Part shown: positions 9,237 to 18,664 of the stretch, in pieces | Layout of the letters: every line of letters starts with the position of its first letter | Position numbering within the stretch: the stretch's first letter is position 1 | Assembly: GCA_944320355.1 (NCBI GenBank) | Contig: CALUHC010000035.1 | Span: 127,471-191,470, forward strand | Length of the DNA: 64,000 nt | Reading direction: 5' to 3' | Source: an uncultured Prevotella sp. | GTDB lineage: Bacteria > Bacteroidota > Bacteroidia > Bacteroidales > Bacteroidaceae | Position numbers and translations under genes: made by a program | Notes under the pieces: generated by a model | Database searches by the model: none | Seen by the model: the letters and a program-made list of their open reading frames with translations, nothing else | What the model was told of the DNA's origin: nothing

Positions 9237-11192
9237 CTACATCACAATCACTCCGCCATTGGGCTGCAGGGTCACCTTCAGCTTGCCGTCCTTGCCCACC
9301 CGGCGGGTGTCCATCTGCGCGTCGGGCAGCTGTCCGTCCTTGGCTTTCTTGTCGCTGTAGACGGTCACCTGACGGCCGGCGATCATGGGCAGGCTGAGCG
9401 TGAGCGTCTTTGCCTCGGCCTCGGCGCTAAGCCCCGCCACGTACCAACGGTCGCCGCTGCGGCGCGCCAGCACCACGTAGCGGCCGGGATAGCCGTCTAC
9501 GAACTGCGTCTCGTCCCACGTTGTGGCCACTCCGCGCAGCCATTCGGTCTCAAACTGCGGCAGCTCCGCCAGGTTGTTGGGCTGCATGGCTATGCACTGC
9601 ACGCTGCTCTGCGTCACCACGGCGGCGGCCATCTCGAACACGTCTGACGTGTGGCGGCTGTGCCCTTTCTTGTTGTCGCGCGACATACGGCGGTTCATTA
9701 TCGTGCCGCCCCAGTCCATAGAGGCCACGGCGTTGCGGCAGAAGGGGTGCAGCGTGAGGTCGAACGGCTCGCGCTTGGCGTGCGTCTCGCTGAATATCAC
9801 GTTCTCAGAGGCGAGCACGGCCTCGCTCGCCACGAAGTTGGGATACATCCTCTCCCACCCACGGGGCAGCGTGCAGCCGTGGAAGATGACCTGCAACCCG
9901 TAGTCGTTGGCATCGCTCAGAATGTCTTCGTAGAGCTGCATGGTGTGCTGCTTGTCGCCTCCGAAGAAGTCAACCTTGATGCCCTTCACTCCTATTTTCT
10001 TCATCCACGCCATCTCGCGCTTGCGTGCCACCGATGTGTTCATGCAGTTCTTCGGGCCTTGCGGGGCGTCGTTCTGCGCGCCGTTGGAGTTGTACCACAA
10101 GAGCAGATGCACGCCCTTGGACTGCGCGTAGCGGCTCAGCTCCTCTATCTTCTGCCGTCCTATCTGCTTGTCCCACAGTCCGTCCACGAGCGTATATTCG
10201 TAACCCATCTCCGCCGCGAGGTCTATGAACTTCACCTGGTCGGCATAGTTCGTTGCCTTGTCCTGCCATACGAGCCAGCTCCACGTGTAGCGGCCGGGCT
10301 TGTACTGCTCCGACGGCTCGTACTGCGGCTTCACAACGTCGTAGGCCACGGTGGTCTCCACTATCGGTTCGAGCGTGGCCCCCACGGTGATGGTGCGCCA
10401 GGGGGTGCTGCCGGGCAGCGCCATGGCGGCCGTGGTAGAGCCGAACCCGTTGGCCTCGCCCGCCATGGGGAAGGCCACGGTGTAGCCCGTCTGCGGGTCG
10501 TAGTCGCTCAGGTGGCAGCCCACGTAGCCGCCGTTGGTGCCCGTCTCGCTGATGAGCACCCAGCCGTCGCCGCCCACGCGGAAGAGCGCGGGGAAGACAT
10601 AGCCCTCGCCATACTGCGACTTCGCCGTGAGCGGAGCGTCGGCCGAATAGACCTCCTCGTAGCTCGGCTTGGTGCGTTTCCACCCTATCATCGGGTCAGA
10701 CTGCGGACTTATGAAGGCCGTGGCCTGCTGCGGCAGGTTGAAGGCCGTGGCCTCGCTCTCCACCACCATGCAGGCCGTCTCGCCCTGCTGGTGGAACGTG
10801 TAGCGGAAAGCCACGTCGTTGTCAGACACGTTGAACGTTACGGTCATCAAGTCCTTCTTTGCGTTCTCGTAGATGATGCCCATCTGGTTGGCCACGTAGC
10901 GCACCGTCGATGCCTTGGTGCCGCGCATGGTGTAGGTGGTGTCGGTCTGCTTCTTGCTCACGGCGCGCTCACGCAGGCCCGTGGAGAAGTCGCCGATGTT
11001 GGCCTTCAGCCCCAGCTGCGAGCGGCCCAGCATCTGCTTGCCGTCATACTTCACCGAGTAGTAGGCGCGGCCGCCATCGTCCTCGACCGTGACCACCAGC
11101 CGCCCGTCGGGCGACGACACACTGTTCACACCGGCCAGGGCGCATCCGCCCGCCGCAAACAACAGCATCACTGTAGGAAAAAAATGTCTCAT
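9237..11192 (-). CDS. Glycoside hydrolase family 97
   Basis: Start MRHFF with signal peptide; SPDGRL, TPWRTI, FIDLAAEMG, GIKVDFF, FHGCTLPRGWERMYPN and WDET..DGYPG motifs. Confidence 0.92.
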   Translation of the reverse strand: MRHFFPTVMLLFAAGGCALAGVNSVSSPDGRLVVTVEDDGGRAYYSVKYDGKQMLGRSQLGLKANIGDFSTGLRERAVSKKQTDTTYTMRGTKASTVRYVANQMGIIYENAKKDLMTVTFNVSDNDVAFRYTFHQQGETACMVVESEATAFNLPQQATAFISPQSDPMIGWKRTKPSYEEVYSADAPLTAKSQYGEGYVFPALFRVGGDGWVLISETGTNGGYVGCHLSDYDPQTGYTVAFPMAGEANGFGSTTAAMALPGSTPWRTITVGATLEPIVETTVAYDVVKPQYEPSEQYKPGRYTWSWLVWQDKATNYADQVKFIDLAAEMGYEYTLVDGLWDKQIGRQKIEELSRYAQSKGVHLLLWYNSNGAQNDAPQGPKNCMNTSVARKREMAWMKKIGVKGIKVDFFGGDKQHTMQLYEDILSDANDYGLQVIFHGCTLPRGWERMYPNFVASEAVLASENVIFSETHAKREPFDLTLHPFCRNAVASMDWGGTIMNRRMSRDNKKGHSRHTSDVFEMAAAVVTQSSVQCIAMQPNNLAELPQFETEWLRGVATTWDETQFVDGYPGRYVVLARRSGDRWYVAGLSAEAEAKTLTLSLPMIAGRQVTVYSDKKAKDGQLPDAQMDTRRVGKDGKLKVTLQPNGGVIVM

Positions 11193-11480
11193 CTGTATGT
11201 CTTTAGTTATCGTTTTAATCTCTGTTCGCCGGGGTTTCCGCAGACAAGTCAAACTCCCCCGTGCGCACCGGCATCGGGTTGCCGGCGGCAATCGCCCTCA
11301 CGCCGCCTCCACAACGATTGGCGACGGGGCGGTTTGCCCGCGAGACATGACTATATCATACGTTCTGCAAATATACGAATAAACGTCGGAACGACACTAT
11401 CAAGCGTCTTAAAACAAGTTAAAGCGCGCCGCCCTGTCCCGCGCATCCGCCGCCTCGTCGCCACCGTCCGCCCCGTCTTC

Positions 11481-11621
11481 GTAACTCATTGACAGTCAGT
11501 GGGGTTGCGAAACGTGCCGTTTTGCGCTCCAAAACGACCCGTTTCATCGCCTAAAACGGCACGTTTCAGGACGCGAAACGGCACATATCGCAAAACGAAA
11601 CGGCAGGCCTCGATTTTTGAC
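11481..11621. repeat. Family A element, 5 units
   Basis: Terminal motif TAACTCATTGACAGTCAGTGGGGTTG; AAACG at 11510, 11532, 11554, 11576 and 11598 (exact 22-bp period). Confidence 0.9.
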
Positions 11622-11957
11622 GCGCACCATGCCGGCCAAAAGCCACACGCACATCCGATGCCGGGCAGAGGCAAACCACACGGCATTTTTGTATGTTAAT
11701 TTTACCAATACGCCAACTAACAAAACTTAATTAGAAGCATAAATCCTTTCCACTTTAATTAAAAAGCGTTATCTTTGTGGCATGATTACGTACTGAAGAA
11801 AGTACAGATGGCGTGCTGTGAGAGTACTGATAGATTAAAATTTTATTTTCGAAAAAGTTAGATAACAAAACAAACGTATGCTGTCGGCGGGTCAAACGCG
11901 CCTTCACCAGCCTGCAAGCATCAAGACAAAAGAAACGGGGGCGCACCATAAATTATT

Positions 11958-12554
11958 ATGAAGAAGTTATTACTTATGGCAGCCATCGTGCTGTCAAGCC
12001 TGGGCGTGAAGGCCCAGACAGAGCCGGGAACATTCACCCTCATGCCGAAAGTGGGTCTGAACATGGCCACGCTGGGGCTGGATAAGTACAAGATGAAGGC
12101 TGGAGCAGTGGCCGGCGTTGAGGCAGAGTATCGCGCCACCAACCTCATCGGGGTCTCGGCAGGTGTCCTTTACTCCATGCAGGGAACAAGATGGTCCGAA
12201 GGTGACTATTCAGACAAGTACCTCATGGATTACATCAACATCCCCATCCTTGCCAACTTCTATGTGTGGAAGGGTCTGTCTCTTAGCGTCGGCATCCAAC
12301 CGGGCTTCCTTGTGAGTGCCAAGAACAAGTGGGACGAAGGCGAAGACGGTGACGGCGACATAGACATCAAGGACGGATGCGAGAGCTTCGACTTCTCTAT
12401 CCCCGTGGGAGCATCATACGAGTGGAACGACTTTGTGCTCGGTGTGCGCTACAACATCGGCGTGACCGATACGTTCAAGGACGTTGATGAGGACTCCGAC
12501 AACGGAAAGAACGGCGTGCTCGCCATCACCCTGGGCTACAAGTTCGCACTTTAA
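11958..12554 (+). CDS. Outer-membrane beta-barrel (porin family / OMP_b-brl) protein
   Basis: Signal peptide, PKVGLN, YSMQG, YINIPILANFY, RYNIG and C-terminal LGYKF; -7 box TATCTTTG at 11770-11777. Confidence 0.88.
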   Translation: MKKLLLMAAIVLSSLGVKAQTEPGTFTLMPKVGLNMATLGLDKYKMKAGAVAGVEAEYRATNLIGVSAGVLYSMQGTRWSEGDYSDKYLMDYINIPILANFYVWKGLSLSVGIQPGFLVSAKNKWDEGEDGDGDIDIKDGCESFDFSIPVGASYEWNDFVLGVRYNIGVTDTFKDVDEDSDNGKNGVLAITLGYKFAL

Positions 12555-12585
12555 CATAGCAAAATAACAATATCTCAGACTTAAA

Positions 12586-12632
12586 GCAAAGGCTGCGCCG
12601 GCACGTGACGTGCGGGCGCAGCCTGCTTTTTT
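12586..12632 (+). terminator. Rho-independent terminator
   Basis: AGGCTGCGCC...GGCGCAGCCT followed by GCTTTTTT. Confidence 0.75.
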
Positions 12633-12684
12633 ATGCCTCTGCTGTCAGGCGGAAAGATATTTGGCAGCCGGTGTGTCAGTAGTA

Positions 12685-12830
12685 GCCCCTCCCCATCCCT
12701 CCCCGTGGAGAGGGAGCCGCTGCGCCCCTCCACTTAGTTGTCTCCTCCACCGTGGAGGTTGGAGGGGGCTTCCTTCCACGCTCATCCCGCACGGCTTTTT
12801 ACCCTTTTACTTTTTTACCTTTTTACTTTT
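12685..12830. repeat. REP-like CCCTCCCC/GGAGGG hairpin pair plus an 8-mer (TTTTTACY) tract overlapping the helicase stop
   Basis: CCCCTCCCCATCCCTCCCCGTGGAGAGGGAG ... CTCCTCCACCGTGGAGGTTGGAGGGGG; TTTTTACCCTTTTACTTTTTTACCTTTTTAC. Confidence 0.65.
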
Positions 12831-14956
12831 AGCTCTTCCGTGTATTGCCAGAGGCGTCGGTAGAAGGGGTGGCGGGTCATGGTGGGCACGTCGCCGAGTA
12901 TTATCAGCTTCATGCGGGCGCGGGTTATTGCCACGTTCATGCGGCGCAAGTCGCGCAGGAAGCCTATCTCGCCGGTGGCGTTTGAGCGCACGAGCGAGAT
13001 GAGTATCACGTCGCGCTCCTGTCCTTGGAAGCCGTCAACGGTGTTCACCGATATGCTGCGGCGCAGCGGCTTGAGCCCCTCGCGGCGGGCAACGAGCCTG
13101 CGCAGATACTGCACCTGCGCCCGGTAGGGCGATATGATGCCCACGTCTATGCGCTCGTCTATCAGCCGCTGGCGGCCGATGCGGCCGAAGTAGTCCTCAA
13201 GGATGTCGAGCGTCAGCTCCGCCTCGGCCTTGTTTATGCGGCCGAAGCTCTCGCCCACGAACTCCTCGCGGAAGGCGTTGGCGTCCGCTTCGGTCTCGCC
13301 GGCAGGCCCGACCGCCATCTGCGACGTGTCTATCCACGTTATAGGGATGTCGAGGTCGAGGATTCCGCGGTGGCGAACCTCGGGCGCCGACTCCACTCGC
13401 CCGCCGTAGAACCACTCGCCGGGGAAGCGCATTATGTCCTCGTTCATGCGGTACTGCACGCGCAGCAGCGTGACGCACCCGGGGTGAAGCTCCACTATGC
13501 GCTCCATGAGCGTGCGCCCCAGCCCGCCGCGCAGTGCCTCCATGCTCTTCACCGTGGGCGGCAGCTGGCAGTGGTCGCCCGCCAGCACCACCCGCCCGGC
13601 GCGCCTTATGGCTATCCAGCAGGCCGCCTCGAGTGCCTGCGCGGCCTCGTCTATGAAGAGCGTGGTGAACTTCCTGCCGTCGAGCAGGCGGTTGGCAGCG
13701 CCCGCCAGCGTGCAGGCTATGACGCGGGCCTCGCCGAAGAGCTCGGCGTTGATGCGCAGCTCCAACTCCGTGGCGCGGCTCTTCAGGCTCTCCAGCCGCT
13801 GGTGCCAGCTGTCGCCGCCGCGCCTGCGGCGGGAGCGCAGCTCGCGTATGGCGCGGCGTATGCTCCACAGCTGCGGGTAGTCGGGGTGAGCCTCGAAGCG
13901 CCGCTCGTAGGTGAACGACAGCATCTTGTCGTTCACCCGCGTGGGATTGCCTATGCGCAGCACGCTCACCCCGCGGTCAACGAGCTTCTCCGAAATCCAG
14001 TCGACGGCCATGTTGCTCTGCGCGCACACCATCACCTGCGGCTCGCGGAGCAGCGTCTCGTGTATGGCCTCAACGAGCGTGGTGGTCTTTCCAGTGCCGG
14101 GAGGGCCGTGCACTATGGCCACGTCCTTGGCGCGGAGCACCTCGTTGACGGCCTCCTCCTGCGTGGCGTTGAGGTAGGGGAAGCGCATCGGGGCGAAGGT
14201 GAACCGCTCGGGCTGCCGCCGCGAGTAGAAGAGGTCGCGCAGGTAGGCCAGCCGCCCCTTGGCGCGCATGGTGCGGTCGAGCGCGTCGAACATGAGGCGG
14301 TAGCTCGTCTCGTCGAACGACAGCTGCACGCCGAGCCGCTCAGTGCGCTGCAACGCCATGACATCGGCGCCGTCGGGCACTGTCAGCACCATGCGGTCGC
14401 CGTCGACATAGCTCACCGTCGCCGTGTAGTTCATGTACTTCAGAGTTGAGAGTTTGGAATTAAGAGTTAAGGATGAAGAATTAAGAGTTAAGGAAGAATG
14501 TTTTTCTGCCTGTGTGTCGGCGGCAGTTTTCACTCCTGTGGAGCTTGCGGCAGCATTGGCATTAGCCTCTTTGTCAAGCCCGGCATCGCCCGTCTCGCCT
14601 TTCTCTCCGGGGGCAGTGGAACGGCTTGTGCCATCTTTCTTAATTCTTAATTCATAATTCTTAACTTCCTCCTTGTTCGCGGCGCGGAAGAACACCGCAG
14701 CCTTTCCGTACTCGAAGTTGTGCTCAATCTCGGTGTCGGCCGTGCGGAACACCTCCACACAGAGCTGGTTGAGCGAGTTGTAATAGCTGCGGCCCACGCG
14801 CAGCGGCCACCAGGCGTCGCCCCGCTTCACCTTGCGGGCCATGCCCGTGGCCTCAGTCTGGCGGCGGAACTCCTCCTTCTCGGCGTTGTATTCGAGTTCG
14901 AGCAGGGCGCGCTGCCGCTGCAACTCAAGTATGGGCGATATGGTATTCTCTGTCAT
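12815..14956 (-). CDS. SF1 DNA2/NAM7 (IGHMBP2-like) helicase
   Basis: HGPPGTGKTT, SNMAVD, IDEAAQ, GDHCQLPP, QYRM, TVDGFQGQE and RRMNVAITRA motifs; start MTENT placed downstream of the -7 box at 15011-15018. Confidence 0.92.
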   Translation of the reverse strand: MTENTISPILELQRQRALLELEYNAEKEEFRRQTEATGMARKVKRGDAWWPLRVGRSYYNSLNQLCVEVFRTADTEIEHNFEYGKAAVFFRAANKEEVKNYELRIKKDGTSRSTAPGEKGETGDAGLDKEANANAAASSTGVKTAADTQAEKHSSLTLNSSSLTLNSKLSTLKYMNYTATVSYVDGDRMVLTVPDGADVMALQRTERLGVQLSFDETSYRLMFDALDRTMRAKGRLAYLRDLFYSRRQPERFTFAPMRFPYLNATQEEAVNEVLRAKDVAIVHGPPGTGKTTTLVEAIHETLLREPQVMVCAQSNMAVDWISEKLVDRGVSVLRIGNPTRVNDKMLSFTYERRFEAHPDYPQLWSIRRAIRELRSRRRRGGDSWHQRLESLKSRATELELRINAELFGEARVIACTLAGAANRLLDGRKFTTLFIDEAAQALEAACWIAIRRAGRVVLAGDHCQLPPTVKSMEALRGGLGRTLMERIVELHPGCVTLLRVQYRMNEDIMRFPGEWFYGGRVESAPEVRHRGILDLDIPITWIDTSQMAVGPAGETEADANAFREEFVGESFGRINKAEAELTLDILEDYFGRIGRQRLIDERIDVGIISPYRAQVQYLRRLVARREGLKPLRRSISVNTVDGFQGQERDVILISLVRSNATGEIGFLRDLRRMNVAITRARMKLIILGDVPTMTRHPFYRRLWQYTEELKVKR

Positions 14957-15246
14957 TCCTATATGTCTTTGGGCAGAGGCAAAGCCCGTCGGGAGCGCCT
15001 CTGCGGCAAACAAAGGTACGCAAATTATTCCTTACGGCCAAACATTGCGCCCACGCAAACACTAAGCGCGCCTCGCAACGGCTCTCGCGCGCCACCGCGC
15101 CGAAAGAGAGAAAAACACATTTTATCAAGTACACTCGTGGAGGTTATCGCTAAGGCTACAGGTAACCGAGCTGACGGATAGCAAGATAGAGAAACATCAA
15201 TAAGGCAAAACGATGCGGTAACAGCTTATAAAAAAACATGAATGCA

Positions 15247-16032
15247 CTATGACTTGCCGTGCAAAGCCTTAAAAAATTTACGCAATCTCAGCATTGACAC
15301 TACGAAATAAAGCCGTGGCAATAGTTTAAGCCTGTCTGAAATATTATCCAACTCTTTTATTATTGCGATGTTTTGCTTTATCCCTTCCACTCTATTTACG
15401 TTTGAAACGCCATTCGTATCGAACACCGCAATTGGAAATTCCAGCTTCCTGAATGTTTTATTCTCCTTCCAAAGAATTTTAAAAAGCTTAAAGTCGGCAG
15501 ACATACTATAACGGATGTCGTAAGCATAATCCTTTAAGCATGAAGTCCGTATGAACGCACTCTGATGACAGAAAAACATCCGATGCGCATTGTGAGGCAT
15601 TTCGGCCTCCTTGACAAAAAAAGTTCCGTCGCTCTTCTTCTTGATAACGCTGCCATAAACGACATCGGGAAACGTTCCATCAAGCAAATTAATCACGGCC
15701 GTTACTGTGTCTTTCGCAGCGAAAGTATCCCCGGCGTTCATGAAGATGCAATAATCACCGGAAGCCATTCGGACACCTTTGTTCATGGCATCGAATATTC
15801 CCCTGTCTTTCTCCGACACAGACTTCGACACAACCGAAGCATATCTTGCCAGGACTTGCGGCGTAAGGTCGGTCGAGCCTCCGTCCACAATAACGGTCTC
15901 TATACATGGATAATCTTGCTCTTCAATGCTCTTCAAGGTCTTTTCCAGCATAGAAGCGGCATTAAGACATACCGTTATGACAGATATTATTGGATGTGAA
16001 TCAATTCCTTTGTTTATTTTATTAGTGTCCAT
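15247..16032 (-). CDS. Glycosyltransferase family 2 (WcaE-like)
   Basis: ISVITVCLN, VDGGSTD, GIFDAMNKG, FMNAGD, HQS and ADF motifs. Confidence 0.9.
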   Translation of the reverse strand: MDTNKINKGIDSHPIISVITVCLNAASMLEKTLKSIEEQDYPCIETVIVDGGSTDLTPQVLARYASVVSKSVSEKDRGIFDAMNKGVRMASGDYCIFMNAGDTFAAKDTVTAVINLLDGTFPDVVYGSVIKKKSDGTFFVKEAEMPHNAHRMFFCHQSAFIRTSCLKDYAYDIRYSMSADFKLFKILWKENKTFRKLEFPIAVFDTNGVSNVNRVEGIKQNIAIIKELDNISDRLKLLPRLYFVVSMLRLRKFFKALHGKS

Positions 16033-16082
16033 GATGCAAAAATACAAAATAAATCTTTACCTTTGTAGAAAACAAAGCGAAA

Positions 16083-16847
16083 ATGAATGGTATTTCTGTC
16101 GTCATAAACACATACAATGCAGAAAGGCATCTCAAAAGGGTGCTCGACTCGGTCAAGGGCTTCGACGAAATCGTTGTGTGCGACATGGAGAGCACAGACG
16201 CGACCGTAGACATTGCCCGCAGGCACGGGTGCAAGGTGATCACGTTTGAGAAAGGCGGACACAACATCGTGGAGCCAGCACGCCAATTCGCCATAGACAA
16301 TGCCTCGTTCCCGTGGGTTCTCGTTGTAGATGCCGACGAAACGGTTACTCCGCAGTTGCAAAGCTACCTGTACCGGATAATAAAAACAGGCACATGCCCC
16401 GACGGCATTGCCATCCCGAGAAAGAATTACTTCATGGGATGCTTCATGCACAGCAGCTACCCCGACCATGTACTGCGTTTTTTCAGGAAAGAGGCAACCA
16501 CATGGCCAAAGGTGATACACGCCTCACCGGAAGTGCGCGGGCGTGTAGAGCGCATTCCGCAAGACCACCGCGAACTGGCAATAGAACATCTGGCCAATGA
16601 CTCCGTGAGCACGATTCTACGCAAGATCGATACTTATTCTTTCTACGAGCTTCAGCGCCGCCGCGACAAAGGCTACGGAACAGCAGCCTTGCTGATGAGC
16701 CCTCCGTTCCGCTTCTTTAAGGCTTATGTGCTGAAAAAAGGATTCCTTGACGGCATACCCGGATTCATACACGCTGTACTTGACGGCATATACCAATTCG
16801 TTGTATTGGCAAAGCTAATAGAAGAAAGGCGGAATCAGGCTCGATGA
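16083..16847 (+). CDS. Glycosyltransferase family 2 (WaaE/KdtX-like)
   Basis: ISVVINTYN, DMESTD, WVLVVDADE and GFLDGIPG motifs. Confidence 0.9.
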   Translation: MNGISVVINTYNAERHLKRVLDSVKGFDEIVVCDMESTDATVDIARRHGCKVITFEKGGHNIVEPARQFAIDNASFPWVLVVDADETVTPQLQSYLYRIIKTGTCPDGIAIPRKNYFMGCFMHSSYPDHVLRFFRKEATTWPKVIHASPEVRGRVERIPQDHRELAIEHLANDSVSTILRKIDTYSFYELQRRRDKGYGTAALLMSPPFRFFKAYVLKKGFLDGIPGFIHAVLDGIYQFVVLAKLIEERRNQAR

Positions 16848-16891
16848 CAGCCAACAGGCATCTCCGGGAAACGCGCCATGAAGCAGACTAA

Positions 16892-17737
16892 TCACGGCAG
16901 GTATTTGTCAATACCGTTCTTGCACCATGAAAGTTTATTGTCCTTAACGTTTTCAAGCTCGTCAAAGTGTCGCTGTTCGTTGTCGCGCGACGCCTCTTTG
17001 TGGTGAAGATGGTAAACAACACCCCCCATCTTTAACGCCTTCTTGCCCACTCCGGCAAAGTGGAGGCGATAGGCGAACTCGCCGTCCTCGTGCCCCCATT
17101 GCGTGAGATCCTCATTATAGCCATTTACTTTTATCACATCGCGCTTCCAAAATGCCATATTACACCCCCTAAGATGGTTGATGCTGTGCGCATAGCGCGT
17201 AGCGAAATAGTGACGGAGCAGGCGTGAGCGCATGGCATTGGGCATATATCCCAAGGGCAAGTCCCATAAGCTGACCCTCATATTGCCGCGAGCCATTATT
17301 CGCGAGGTAGCCTCGGGCAACAGTTTCACACGGCTTCCACAAACGAAGAATCCACACTCGGCCAGTTCCAGATGGTCACTCACAAAGTGCCGGGAAAGAA
17401 TAACATCTCCATCCGTTTGCAAGATGTATTCACCACTAGCCCTCGCTATAGCTTTGTTACGTATAGCAGACAACCGGAACCCCCTGTCCTCTTGCCATAC
17501 ATACACCATAGGCACTAGACTTTCTTTACACAACCTTTCCACTAGCCGGCGCGTTTCGTCTGTCGAGCCGTCATCGGCAACGATGATCTCGTCTGGCAAT
17601 CGTGTCTGCCGGAATATGCTACGAAGCGACATTTCGAGAGCTTCTGGCCAGTTGTAGGTTGTCACTATGAGACTTGTTGACGGATGCCTTGGATTCTTTT
17701 GCATGGTTTCAGGTTTATGTTGTTTTCCTTTTGTCAA
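16892..17737 (-). CDS. Glycosyltransferase family 2 with GT7C-like C-terminus
   Basis: LIVTTYNW, ADDGS, RNKAIA, TDGD, GCNMAFW and WGHED motifs. Confidence 0.9.
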   Translation of the reverse strand: MTKGKQHKPETMQKNPRHPSTSLIVTTYNWPEALEMSLRSIFRQTRLPDEIIVADDGSTDETRRLVERLCKESLVPMVYVWQEDRGFRLSAIRNKAIARASGEYILQTDGDVILSRHFVSDHLELAECGFFVCGSRVKLLPEATSRIMARGNMRVSLWDLPLGYMPNAMRSRLLRHYFATRYAHSINHLRGCNMAFWKRDVIKVNGYNEDLTQWGHEDGEFAYRLHFAGVGKKALKMGGVVYHLHHKEASRDNEQRHFDELENVKDNKLSWCKNGIDKYLP

Positions 17738-18546
17738 ACAGTCATCAGCAAGTCGTCAAATTTCTTGAACTTGTCTGCGCTGAGAGTATCGTCTTTGGAG
17801 CGTATCCAATAGATGGGAACATCGTGGTAGAACGCGGCGACAAGCGAGAACGTGCTCTGCACCCCGATGATGAAATCACACTCAGAGAGCACGTAAAGAT
17901 CTTCGCCGGGATTGCCGCCAATAGGCATTATGCTGTCAATGCCACTCTCGGAGCGCAGACGTTCAAAATCGGTTTTCGGGTCATTCGTGGCCACAAGTAC
18001 CTGTACTTTCTGTCCCGGGTACATCGCACAGAACTGTTTCACTGCCATAGCATAGACGCTGTCGGCGAAGAAATATGCCCCGCCACACCATTGCGCATAG
18101 TCCCCCCGCCTGATATGCAATCCAAGCCGCACATCGGGCTTTGGCAATCCCGCCAGCCACCTTGCCTTGCCCGCTATGGCTTTCTTGCGGAACCCGAACA
18201 GCAAAAGCAACTCGTCGCGGTATTTCCTCATAAGTTCCGGATGACGGAAGTTCCAGCCGTCTATGGCTATCAGCGGCGACCTACGCAACGCGTCCAACAC
18301 CTCAGCGGTCACCATATACGGTTCCTGCAGCCACAAGCACTTGATTATATGAGCCTTGATAAGCGATTTCAAAAACAAATATGTCAGGAAGTTATGTCTT
18401 GGCAAGCAAGAAACATTAAAATACCGGTATTTGTATGAAAAGCGCATTGAAACAGTTTTGACACCGTTTTCAAGCCCCCACACGTATGCGTGGGCATATT
18501 GCAACCAATTGTTGCACATCTGGCCGTAACCCTTGACTACTATCAT
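17734..18546 (-). CDS. Alpha-1,2-fucosyltransferase-like protein (GT11)
   Basis: GQMCN, LHIRRGDY and DLYVLSECD...STFSLVAA motifs; start MIVVKG downstream of a -7 box (18556-18563). Confidence 0.8.
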   Translation of the reverse strand: MIVVKGYGQMCNNWLQYAHAYVWGLENGVKTVSMRFSYKYRYFNVSCLPRHNFLTYLFLKSLIKAHIIKCLWLQEPYMVTAEVLDALRRSPLIAIDGWNFRHPELMRKYRDELLLLFGFRKKAIAGKARWLAGLPKPDVRLGLHIRRGDYAQWCGGAYFFADSVYAMAVKQFCAMYPGQKVQVLVATNDPKTDFERLRSESGIDSIMPIGGNPGEDLYVLSECDFIIGVQSTFSLVAAFYHDVPIYWIRSKDDTLSADKFKKFDDLLMTV

Positions 18547-18664
18547 AACTATTTGCAAAGATAGCAATAAAATGCCATAGTAAGCACTGTGGGCAACAAT
18601 ATTGGCTCAAAAATTTGCCTTAGCAAAAGAAAATCAATACTTTTGCAGGTAAAAACCACCCTTT

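Noticed and set aside
9651-11492. Long antisense ORFs (e.g. 9651..11492, 13025..14449, 32068..33921, 51355..53169, 61156..62370)
   Set aside because: Shadow frames of GC-rich real genes with biased composition and no recognisable motifs.
11499-11699. Recurring small ORFs with RNVPF/KRPVS/ETARF/RNG peptides (also 29362, 35249, 49760, 62422 and the N-terminal extension of the murG ORF)
   Set aside because: They are translations of the family A DNA repeat in varying frames and strands, with no consistent start or stop.
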